A stretch of DNA of 63,926 nt from Vitrella brassicaformis CCMP3155 (taxonomy: Eukaryota; Protista; Chromerida), in the NCBI GenBank assembly GCA_001179505.1, contig CDMY01000123.1, positions 62,075-126,000 on the forward strand, in the 5' to 3' direction. Positions within the stretch are counted from its first letter, which is position 1. Each line of letters opens with the position of its first letter. The translations under genes and the position numbers were made by a program. Under the pieces are notes generated by a model. The model was not told the DNA's origin and ran no database searches. It saw nothing but the letters and a program-made list of their open reading frames with translations. Positions 14,752 through 26,521 of this stretch are shown in pieces.

Positions 14752-15366
14752 ATAGATAGATCAATGGATAGATGTACGGCCAAGCTGGGTAGGTGTCTGT
14801 GTGGGGTGTGTGTCGGGCGGGAGCATGGGGGCTGGCTCTGGGATTTGGCGGATACATGAGCAAACCTTCTTGTGTTCACCGACAACGGGGCGAGGGGATA
14901 CAGCTATATATATGTCTGTCTCTCGTCTCCCTCCCTCTCCCTCTCTCTCGGCTGTGTGCATATGCGTGTCCGCTTGTATGCATATACATATTCTCATCTG
15001 CTGCTTGATTGACTTGGATTGCGCATCACAGTCAAATCAAAAAAGGAGGCGTTCGTATACATAAGTCACGTGTTACAGCAGCTGCCAAACGTTAATCCCC
15101 CTCACGCACAAATAGACAAACACAATCAACACACACCCATTCAGTCAACCACACACATACAGGTCGCACAGACTGTCATTGGTGATGCCATCAGGCCCTC
15201 CAGCTTATCTCCTCTATCAGACACTCCACATGGCCCACCCACCGATTGACAGTTCCTTGCTCACCTCACTGTCAGATGTACCTTTCTGGACAAGTGGTGG
15301 GTGTGTTGCAATAGCACGTGTGCTCACTCTCCATACAGCCGTGGGCCTCAGAGCGTAACGATGAGC

Positions 15367-15468
15367 CGGCGGGCCTCCTTCTCACGCACATGCTTGATCT
15401 CATCGAGGCAGGCTGCGCACGGCCTGCCTCGATGAGATCAGGTGTTTGTGTTAGAAGGAGGCCCGCCG
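15367..15468 (+). ncRNA. Long fold-back hairpin (candidate small-RNA precursor or structured RNA element)
   Basis: Perfect 19-bp inverted repeat (15395-15413 / 15422-15440, 8-nt loop), extended by a 12-bp segment with 6 WC, 4 G.U and 2 mismatched positions and a further perfect 16-bp segment (15367-15382 / 15453-15468). The structure is seen directly; expression is not shown. Confidence 0.45.
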
Positions 15469-16362
15469 CCACTTGATCGAACCTCACCCTCATCCGACAG
15501 ACAGACGGCAACCGCCGCACCACACCAGGCAGCGATTCACTTGTGCAGCCAGCCAGCCAATCATCCCTCTGTCTGTCTGTCTGTCTGTCTGTCATCTCTC
15601 CCCCGCCCCCCACTCATCAGCCGACACACTCATGGCAGCTGACGGCTGACGAGTGAGAGAAGACCGACAGACACGCAAAACCCCACAATACAATACAATG
15701 CAACCAGCTCGCGACAGCAAGAGAGAGGCAGCCAGCCAGCCAGCCAGCCAGTCAGTCGTCGGCACATCGGCCGACATATCCCCCCCCACAAAAGCGCAGC
15801 GCCAGTCAGTCAGTTGTGATGGCCAGCGGGTCGTCACGCTGCCCACCAGCGCCATCGGCATCACCTCCCCAACAGACAGCACCCACCCATGCGACACAGA
15901 CGGTTGTGTGTCCTCTCCTCTGTGTGGCACATCCATCCATCCATGTGTGTGGCTGCCTGCCTGCGGACCACTGCGGCATTCGACTGCAGTCGACGGCCAC
16001 CGCCCCTCAGCTGCAGCAGTGTTTGCCGTTGGCTGACCGGCCGCACCCACACTCACTCCCTGACCGGCCGCACCCCACATCTCCAGCACAGCACAGGGCC
16101 AAGCAGCCGCCTTCCATCATGGCGGCGCACGAGGCCCCCCTTCCTCCCTCCCTCACCTGAGTGACTCGCCGCGTGCGCATCTGGGCCGCCGACCTCACCG
16201 GAGAGGCCAAAGTGGACGACTGACGACAGACTCGGCACAGGGCGGCCGGAGGGGGTTGGTGCCGCCAGCCGAAAGACGCCGAAGTGGACAGAGAAAACGA
16301 CGCCTTCTCTCCAAGGCGATATCGGCTACCGCGGCGCGGCACGTTCAGCGGCAGCACGATCC

Positions 16363-16379
16363 GTCTGCGAGCTTAGCTG
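16363..16379. promoter_or_regulatory. Candidate promoter element GTCTGCGAGCTTAGCTG
   Basis: About 80 bp upstream of the CobW ATG. It is the exact reverse complement of 37682-37698. Confidence 0.45.
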
Positions 16380-16453
16380 CAATGGCCCAGGAAAACTCCG
16401 TGGGTTGACTATTTTACCGAAGCGCACCGTAGCGCAGCGCAACAGCTTCATTC

Positions 16454-18846
16454 ATGGGCGGGAGCGGAGGGTCGTGGCGGCTTCTGCTGCGCAAGGCGGG
16501 CGAAGCAGAAAGCGAATTCGAAGGACTCCAGTTCATCGACGCGGCCATCGAGCAGATCATCAACAAGACCACACAAAAGACCAAGTTCACAGGCAGGAAC
16601 AAGGCCAGCCAGCCCGCACACGATGCCGTCAGCATCGCGCAACTCGCCGCTGAGTGCTCCTCGGCAGTGGGCGACGATGGCGGTGACGGCGAATTGCTGA
16701 CTGTGGCGGACCTGCTGAATCGGCGGTGCGACATGTTGTTGAGCATGGATGCCCGTCAGAGCGCCAGGGAGAGCTGCAGCGTGGCCATATCTTTTGTCGA
16801 GGGCGTCAGGAAGGGCCGGGAGGGCGGTGCTCAGGACAGGAAGAATGACGAGCTGGACAGGCTGCTTGGTGAGACCGAAGAAGGCCCGACACCGCACTGT
16901 CGCTTGATTACATCCTGCGTCCATTTCTCCCTCGTGCGGTGTGTGTATGTGTGTGTGTGTGTGTGTATGTGCGCAGAGCGGCTCCAGAAGCAGTTGGTGT
17001 CCATCGACGTGGCGACGAATGGCGATGGAAAGGGCCAGCACACCGTCCCAGTGACCATCATTACAGGGTATCTCGGTTCTGGCAAGACCACCCTCGTCAA
17101 CCACATACTGCGGAGCTCCGCTCACGGCCAGAGATACGCCGTCGTCGAAAACGAATTCGGAGAGGTCGGTGCAGAGAGAGAGACGATGGCCCCCAACGCC
17201 ATCCCTGTCTGTCTGTCTGTCTGTCTGTCTGTGTGAGTGCGTGTCGTCAGGTGGGTGTTGACGAGGCGTTGCTCTTCCACCGGGAGGGGCCGAGTGAGTG
17301 CACAGACGACTCGCACGACCACCATGAGGGCGAACCCGATGCCGGCAGGGGTGTGACGGCGGATGAGGTGGTGCAGCTGGAGAACGGGTGCCTCTGCTGC
17401 TCTCTAAGAGGTAGGTCAGACAGACAGACAGACAGACATGGGAGCATACCAGACGTTTCCATGCGTGTGTTGCGTTGAAGATGATCTGGTTGTTGCTTTG
17501 CATCGGCTGTGTGCGGCCGCGGCCGAGCGGCACCAGCCGCTGGACCACATACTAATCGAAACGACAGGTGCACACACACACGTACACACACCTATATGGT
17601 ATGGACAACCAACGAAACGGCACAGCAGGACAGGGGTCTTTGTGTCATGTTTGTGGATGCGATGCGCACAGGTCTTGCTGACCCCTCCCCGGTCGCGCAG
17701 ACGTTTATCGCCGATCCCACTCTCGCCAAACAGATGCACCTGCAAGGTGGGCACCCAGCATTAGGTGCCGAACAGCAGCCAGCCAGTCACTGGGAAACAA
17801 TACCATCTCAGCTGAGGTTGCTCTGCTGTTGTCGTGCCTGCCTTTCTGCAGGTGTGCTGACAGTTGTTGATTGCCGGACAATCCGAAGGAGGCTGGCCGG
17901 CGGCGCCAACGAGGCCCTCCAGCAGCTGCTCTTCGCCAACACCATCATACTCAACAAGACAGGTAGGATAGATCCACACGTGCAGTCCTCACAAACAGAT
18001 GCCATTATATATGACTTTCTCTCTCCTCGATGCAGACCTCGTGAGCGAGTCGGTGCTGGCCACGGAAATCGAGTCGCGCGTGAGGGAGCTGAATCGCCAT
18101 GCCGTCATAGTCCGTGCGCAGCACGCCGCTGTGGACATTGCCAACGTGCTGGGCTGCCGGCGGTTCTCCTTCGACCAGGCCACACAGCTGGATCCAACAC
18201 TGCTTAGGTACGTGACAGACGTGTCTGTCTATGTGTGTGGATGTATGTATGTGTGTGCGGGTGTATGTATGTGTTCAGCGAGCCTGTTGATTTGCTGCCT
18301 CGGCATGATCCGTCGGTGTCCTCCGTCGTCATACAAGAGGATGGTGAGATACACACCTGACCTGGGTGAGGGCGGTGTGTGGGTTATGGGTTGTGTGTTC
18401 CATGATGCCTGCGCACAGGTGTGGTCGATCTCGCCCGTGCGCGCGCCTGGCTGACGGATGTGGTGCGGCCGTCCCCCACCTCCATGTGGGTCAACTCCAC
18501 CATCTACCGAGTCAAGGGATTCATCTACACGCCACACACAGGTACACACCCTCCATCCATCCATCCACCATGTGTCACGTGTGTCCCTCCTTGCTTCGCT
18601 TCCATCCCATCAGGGGCTGCATCAATGTCTTGGGAGCGTCACATAGTCCACGGCGTGGACGACATGCTGACCATCACGCCGCAGCAGCCAGAGGGCTTGG
18701 GGCAGGCAGACGCGGATACATCGTCTGAGAGGGCGCCCACGAACCGCCTGGTGTTCATTGGGCGGCACATGGGGGCCCACAAGCTGCGGCTGCAGAGAGG
18801 CATGACCAGGTGTTTAGTCGACGACAGTGGGTGGACATTTATATAG
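16454..18846 (+). CDS. COG0523/CobW-family (CBWD/ZNG1-like) GTP-dependent metallochaperone
   Basis: Walker [15 protein letters not shown], metal-binding GCLCC, IETTGLADP and NKTD G4 motifs, and a CobW_C tail ([16 protein letters not shown]). TAG at 18844-18846. Confidence 0.92.
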
Positions 18847-19591
18847 GGCTGCATTTTTCTAGCTCTGGCAGTTCTCGAGCCCAAGGGGTGAGGGCTTGAG
18901 AATCGCAGGTGTGTGAGGGGTGCATGTCTGTCGAGTATGCCGACCATGCGATGAGTGTACACGCGCCGGGGTGTTAGCGATGAACGTACGTGCCAGGGGC
19001 GTGGCGTTGCACAGCGAGATGGATCCGTCACTGCTCTATGCTATGTGTGCTTGGCTGGAGGCCCGGCAAAGAGAAAGGACTTGCATGATGAATGTAATGT
19101 GCATACCATACAGCGGTGGGTGATGAGGGCGTGAGAATGTGAGATCGAGTGGTCGGTATGGATTTTAAGGAAGGACGCACCGCGGCAACGGGGGCGGCCA
19201 TGCAACCTTGGCTCATACATACTTACGGGATGGTTGCATGACATGGTCGTTTCTGGAGCAGTGGGGTGGAGGAAGGGGACTCGCGTCTTGCGTCGTGCTA
19301 AAGATTCTTGGCGGCGTTTTGTTGCCGCTGTTACAGTGAGTGCATGCCCCAGCTGTTGGTTGGCGGTTGGGGAACACCGTGACTATTTGCTTTGGCTGTG
19401 CACGTCGCGACTGTCTACGGCGTGTATGTCTGTGAATGTCGATAGAGAGCCCCGTCTCAGATTTAACAGAGCGCAGGCAGTCACCATTATGAAACAGATG
19501 GACAAAACGTACGTCTCAACGACACACGATCTAAATCTGCGTCACACAAATAAACTGGATGACACAAACGACACTATCTCACACAAACGTG

Positions 19592-22500
19592 TTACACGGC
19601 CAGCTTTTGCCCCGTCACTTCCTCTATCTCCTTGAGCTCCCTGGCAGCCAGCACCCGCCGCCTTATCAACAGCCCCACGCCCACACACGCAGCTATAAGC
19701 GCCACCACGGTCAGGGAACCCACGAACCACACCCACCACGGCCAGCACCGCATCAGCCAGTAGCGAGGCCTTGTCTGGAGCCAGAAGGTCACGTACTCGT
19801 CCTTCACCGCTAGGATACCCGCGTAGAACACATCTGCAGCACACGCACAAAAAGGGAGGGAGGAAATGGGTGTGGGTGTGGGAGTGGGAGTGTGTCTCTG
19901 TCTGGGGTGCGTACATGCGTGTGTTATGTATCTTGCTGTCTCATATGAGATGTCCCGTGTCTTCTTCTCCAACTTGCTGAGTCGCCTCAAGTCGAAGTCA
20001 GCCATACTCTTGGGCTGCTCTTCCTCCTACACACACACGTCCCGTGTGCCCACAAACACACGTCTATGGACAGAGACATGGTTGCCGCATGTGCTCTGTG
20101 GCTGACCGACCTTGATGAATAGTGCGATGGGGTCTCCGCCCATGACGATGACCTCAGTGCAAAGCCCTGCGTCTTCTCGACGCGGAAGGCGATGGCCGTC
20201 AGCACCGACGCCATCTTCTGTACTTTGACACCGGAAGTTATCCGCTCAACCGCATTGGAACCCAACCTGGACCAGGACACAGACAATGCGGTTCGGTGGG
20301 TTGGTGGCGGTATGAGTGTGAGTGTGTGGTCGGTGGACCTACCTGCATATGTCAACGTGTTCGCCGGTTTGCGGGTCGTTTGGATCAAGGAAGTCGTTGG
20401 GCAGTATGGGCATGATCGACTGACCCAGCTCCTCAGGGGACGGATCGCCGCTCGACACGTGAGCCGGGTTGCTGCTGTACCCACCGTGTGTCATCATGCT
20501 GGTGGTGCTGTTGGTGGCTGCAGCGGTGCCCGTCCCTGCTGCTGTGGTTGTGTCGGGCATGTCGACGATGGCAATGTGCAGCGTGGCGGCGAATGCAGTC
20601 TTCTCGCGGTTCAACACCTTCACCGTGTACCTTCACGCACACAGACACAGGGGCGTGGAGTCTGGTGGGTGGGTGGATGTGTTCATACACACATTGTGGA
20701 GTCGATTGTGATTTGTAGGGAGGTCGGTTGGCCCTTGTTCCACGAGAAACGATCCTGACACAGACACAGACACAGACACACAAATGCAGAGAGACATGGC
20801 CACGTGCGCAGCGCACACAAAGGCTGAGCTGTGGTGAGCTCACCGCCCAGTTTGAGTAGTCCATCGTAAACACAGTCGGGACGCCTCTCCCCTTGCTGGC
20901 CAGCAAGTACACAAAATGGCCGCCCCCGGTCAGGCTGAGCACCAGCCGCCCACCCAACTCTGGCGTTCGCACACTGATGACCTACACGCAACCAATGGCA
21001 TGGCGTGGCAGCAGGGTACACACATCATGACATGATGTGTGTGTGTGTGTGGTGCGAGAGACAGAGAGACAGACCTGGAAGGCTTGTGGCTGTATGTTGA
21101 CTTGGACGTCTTGTGCGTACTGGTTGGCCTGTTGATCGAGTATGACGGCGGTCTCGGTGATCTCACATGCGCGGCCGGTGTGGCCCTCTTTGCAGTAGCA
21201 CGTGCCCTTGCCGTACTCGTCTTACACACACTTGCCGTTGGCATCGCCGTTGCAATCATCTGCACACATACACTCAGCCATGGCAAAGACGGTCGGTTGT
21301 CGTGTTTGTGTGGCTGTAGGTACCAAGGCATGGAATGCGTCCCACTCCCTCGCCCTTCGGCAGGCACGTGACCTTGGCGCGCCAGACGAGTGCCCCGGAG
21401 GCATAGTTCTTGTTGTTCCATATGCCGATCATCGCACCCTCGTAGTTGATGCTGCACACACAAAGACAGAGGGAAGACGTGTGTCTAGATTGGTGTGTCT
21501 ATTGGCCATGGGGCTTACACCATGGTGACGGAGTGGACCTTCTCGCTGTTGCGCCAACTGTCGTAGTCACTGCACAAACAAACACACAGCATTTGTCATC
21601 GTGTCCCCTTTCGATGTATGCGCTTTGTGCACCCACCGTGTTGTGAATTGTGACGGTGTGGGTGGGAACCTCCCCACCCGGCCGTGCAGGTAGGGATCAC
21701 TGATGTCATTGTCGCGTGTCAGAGTGAATGTCAGCACCGCACGCGCACTGCATTCATTTGATGGATGCATCAAGACACAAATGTGTCGGCTGTTGATGCC
21801 CCATCCACGCGTATAGAGGTACCCGTTTTCGACAATGAGCAGCGGCCCTTTATGTGTGTGGCACTGCGGCAGGTATTGAGGGTCGAGTGTCAAGTACTCC
21901 CACGAACTGATGTGATGGACAAAGACACACACATGAGGTGCGATCGATCGGCATGATGACCTCTCTGTCTTTTTCTGTCTGGTTACCTTACCCTCTCGGC
22001 GTGTTGCCTTTGACTTCGGTCGCTGTGACGGTCCTCGGCATGTACTGTTTAATCACCTCCTGACAACTGTCGCCGCTGTACCCAGCATAGCACCTACACA
22101 GACACTCTCACATGTCTCCTTCACTTCGTCGGTGTGTCTCTCTCTGCGTGCATGGCTCACTCGCAGACGCCGTCCGTCTGGCATCGTCCATGTCCGCGGC
22201 AGTCATCCTTGCACGTCCGCTGCGAGCAGTCGACGCCCGTCCAGCCCGCCTCGCACTGGCAGTCGCCCTTAACGCACTGACCGTGCTTGCAGGACGGGAT
22301 GCAGATGCCCGTCGTGAGGTCAATCGTCACGGCCGCCTCTTCGTTGCTGCACTCGGTGTTTCGTTCGTATATGGCGAGGTAGATGTGCGGCCCGTCGCGG
22401 AAGTCGACGATCGAGAACTCCTGCACTGCCTTGTCCTTGTCACTCGGCAACGAAACTGACACACGCGCAGGAGAGCCGGTAACCGAAGACATGTATTACT

Positions 22501-24737
22501 TTATGCATCGAATGAGTACACGTGAGGTGGTAGAACGATCGAGTGGGCAGGTCGACAGACGTCGTCATCGGCGGCTGCTTCCCCATGCCGCCGGCTGATG
22601 GCGGCGTCTTGTCGGACGGCGGCTCTGCGTCGTCGAAGCGCACATACATCAGCAGCTGATTCTTACCCGGACCACCACGGCGCACCTGGACATTCCCACA
22701 CACATGCATAGGATGAAAGGCATACAGATTTTACTTGTGAATGTAGAGCTCACGCGAATGGCTCCGTTTGTGGTGGGTTCGACGAGGCAGTGGACATATG
22801 CGACGCACCACTTGTCGGTGCTGTCTGGGATGCGCATCGCCTCGTCCAGCTTGGCTATCACCTCTTCGTTCAAGGGAGCCTCTACCAAACGGAATGAGGA
22901 CGGCGAACCCAGCCAGTCATGCTGAGACACACGCGCACATCTGCACGTCTGTTTGCCACTCCTCCATGTGTCTCGTGGGCTCACGATTGCGCAAGTGGGT
23001 CCGTGCCAGCCTTCGAAGCACTCGCACTGGCCCCTGTAGTTGCACTTGCCGTTGCCGCCACACGTCAACACATCATCGCAGGCCAGCGCTGGTGCCACCA
23101 GGACTGGGCGGCCAGACAATGCCTTGCGCTCACACGCAGAGCCCATATACCCAGGATGGCACACACACCTGTGAGGAATAAGCGGCGAGGGCGGGGTGAG
23201 CATGGCGGTCGCTCGGCTTACCGTGGTGGGTCAGCAGGGCAGCAGACACCGTTGCCGGAGCACTCTCGGTTGTTCGGCCCCACTGGACACATCTGAGGCA
23301 TCTTCGGACACTGCACGTACGTCGGCGGACACAGCACGGTGCCCTGAGACACACAGAGAGAGGCAAAGAGAGACAGACATACACGGGGGTGCTTAAATGT
23401 TCGTGTGTTTGTATGGTATGTACAGAGTATCCTCCGCCGTCGACGTTGATCTTTCCGCCCTGCTCTGGGCATTTGAATTTCTCCTTCTGCTGGTCGCTGC
23501 CCTTGCCAATCAGCACATACAGCTCCATCTTCCCTGTCGATGGATTCAACTCACACCTGTACCCACACACGTACCCACACACACAACATCCTCTCCTGTT
23601 GTCTGTCTTCCTCCCTTGATTACTTTTGTCCGTGGCATCGGCCGCTTGCCGTTGGCGCCTGGTACTTCTTGGATATCACCGTGCTGACCCAACACCTTCA
23701 CACAAGCAGCATCAAGACCATAAAGAGCATTCATGTTGTGCCGCGCTCCTCACCGTGCATTCTCCCCGTATGTGTCGCCCCATATCTCCAGATTGGGGCC
23801 CTACACACACACACACACACACACACTCGCGCCGTCGTCGCGACGACACACAGTTGTGTGCCACATGCGTCTATACCGCATTTGCGGCCACTCGGCAGTC
23901 GCCCGAGCCATACGGACGGAAGAATGGACAGTAATCTGGCAAACACACAGGCAGACAATGATCGATGTCTCACTCCGTTCCTTCCCATGTGTGCACCTGC
24001 GTAGCTGTCGGTTCCTCCCCGTTTCGGGTCTTCGAAGTACGAGTACTCGACGGGCAGCGGCTTGGTGAACGACGTGATGCTGCACTGAGCGCGGTAGTAG
24101 CGGTCGTGGGAACAGCCTTGCTGAGTGAGCGATTGATTCGTCAACACACGCATCGTTTTGTCCGTGTGTGTCCATAACTGTCCGTGTCTGTGTGTGTGTA
24201 CCTCTCCTTTTGCGCTGCAGAAGTACCGATGTGACCAGGTGTTGCACCGCTGCACCACGAACTCGCACCCCTCCTTCGACCCCCACTGCAAACGCTCAGC
24301 ACGCGAGTAGTCGGGCTTGTACCTGCACACACACACATACACCGCAGCCTTTGTCTCTCCCTCCACCTCTCTCTCTCCCTCCCTCCCTCTCTCTCTCTNN
24401 NNNNNNNNNNNNNNNNNNNNNNNNNNNNNNNNNNNNNNNNNNNNNNNNNNNNNNNNNNNNNNNNNNNNNNNNNNNNNNNNNNNNNNNNNNNNNNNNNNNN
24501 NNNNNNNNNNNNNNNNNNNNNNNNNNNNNNNNNNNNNNNNNNNNNNNNNNNNNNNNNNNNNNNNNNNNNNNNNNNNNNNNNNNNNNNNNNNNNNNNNNNN
24601 NNNNNNNNNNNNNNNNNNNNNNNNNNNNNNNNNNNNNNNNNNNNNNNNNNNNNNNNNNNNNNNNNNNNNNNNNNNNNNNNNNNNNNNNNNNNNNNNNNTC
24701 TCCCTCCCTCCCTCCCTCCCTCTCCCTCTCCCTTCCC

Positions 24738-24768
<31 letters not shown>

Positions 24769-26332
24769 GTAGGCGTACCATCCTGTGTCTTCGAAAAGCG
24801 CGAGCGATACGGCCGAGTAGACAGGGCCGGGCGAGTCAGTGCCCGTCATGAACTCATTCCGAAACAAACGCTTCTCCCAATGCGAACCTACAAAGACATG
24901 AAGAGAGTGCATTCATTCATCTGTGCTGTTGTCGTATGTGTATGTCTTCTCACCGGCAGCGCCTTCTCCGCCGAAGTCTTCAATCTCCGCCCCAGCGTCC
25001 TGCCAATCGAAGCAATCGTATTGCTTCTTCACCGCCTCCTTCACCCTGAACGAACACACAGACGGCACACGCATGGATGGGGATTCGCTTCTTGGGTGGA
25101 GTCACTGGAGTGCTGGCCGACTTAGGCGTCACGATCTTGGTGACTGTGTGGCCGTGCTCCCGAAACTGCTGCACAATGTTCTCTGCGCCCAGCTTCAGAC
25201 CCTCTGCGTTGATGAAATCCTGACAGCACATCAAGACAGACAACAACACTGTGTGTGTGTGCGTGTGCGTGTGTGTGTGTGTGTGTCCCGTGCACACACC
25301 CCACACACATACGGGGAATTTGCTGGCTGAGAAGCCGAGTGCGTGCGAGATCTCGTGTATGGCCGTCGACAGCTGGTTCTCCCACGCCCCAGGAGACGTG
25401 TCCAGCATGTTCGGACCGAAATTAGCCAATCCTACACACACAAGCCACATAGACCAGTCCGCCACCAACACCCACCCACCCACACCCACCTGCGATCGGT
25501 CGGCCTGTCGTCCTGTCCGAGAGGCATGTGAGTGCGTATGCAATGGTCCCGCCCGTGGTGGGCGCGGCCGTGATGGTGAGCCAGAAGTCGGTGTCGGGTT
25601 TCGATATCCTGGGCCCTCGCCAGTCAGATTTGCGGCCGTCCGGCGCCGGCCATTGGTAGCAGAAGGGCCGCAACATCAGAGGCCCGTCCACCTGCAAACC
25701 CGACACGGCAAACCGGAGTCCATGCGAGAGAGTAGTGTGTATTGCGTCGGTGTCTCATGTGTGTCTCATGTCCATACTGGCCAGAGCAGCCTGAGCGTGG
25801 TCTGGAACCACTCGATGGCCTTTTTGACGACTTTCTCAAGAAATGCCTTCTTCTCCGCTGTCAGCACATTCTGCTCATTGCACTGCAAATCGCTCCCTGC
25901 ACCAACCAGGACACTCGATACCCACCCAATTGGCCAGCCACAGCCGACTGACCGACCCACCTGCAAAGGTAACTTTTCCATCGGGGTGCAGGCAGTGGTA
26001 TTGCGTCATGGTGTTGATATACGTCCAGTCGGTGTGGATGCGGAAGAACGCCCCGTCAGCCAGCCGCCGCCCGCGACGCTCGTAGATGACCATATCGTTG
26101 CCTGCACAACAGCGGAAGGGCATGCAGGCGACGCTGCTGCACGGCTGCACGGCTGCATGGGAGGCGCACCTGTTTGTTCTGCGTCGTCCATTGCAGGGTA
26201 CATGCTGTGCGCCTTGACTTTGTGCATCAGCTCGTCGTGGATGTAGCGGTGGTGTGGATGACCACATACGCCACACAGCAGCAGGGCCCGCGCCACAAAC
26301 ACCACTGCAGAAAGGCTGGACAGTGAGCTCAT
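19592..26332 (-). CDS. Leishmanolysin/GP63-like (M8) zinc metalloprotease with multiple EGF-like repeats and a C-terminal transmembrane helix; contains an in-frame TAA at 21222-21224
   Basis: Signal-peptide-like N-terminus, HEISHALGF (HExxH), SHWEKRLFRNEFMTG and SLALFEDTGWY (third His and Met-turn of M8), EGF modules such as CGGNGKCNYRGQCECFEGWHGPTC, and a hydrophobic WFVGSLTVVALIAACVGVGLLIRRR near the TAA at 19592-19594. Confidence 0.9.
24399..24698. other. Assembly gap (300 N) inside a leishmanolysin intron
   Basis: N run flanked by (CT)n/(CCCT)n. The flanking exons join in frame (..TGW|YKPDY..). Confidence 0.95.
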
Positions 26333-26521
26333 TTCCGCATGGGCTTGTGTGGACCGCAGAGCCTCTCGTGCTTGGCGCGGAACGCTTGAGACGGGGGGCA
26401 GGTGGGGGTCAGGGTCGCAAATCAATCTCGAGGCGGCGAAATCTTTCCCTCCTCATCCAGCCTCCGTCCAGCATCCCACCAGCCCCTTTTGCGATCGCAA
26501 TGTTTGCAAAACGAACGGGCC

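Noticed and set aside
15272-15613. 113-aa minus-strand ORF crossing the hairpin
   Set aside because: It begins in microsatellite sequence, has no family motif and no consistent exon chain. Its openness is explainable by GC content.
21222-21224. Ciliate-like reassignment of TAA to Gln as the explanation for the internal stop
   Set aside because: TAA, TAG and TGA all terminate well-supported genes in this window, and no other conserved domain needed readthrough.
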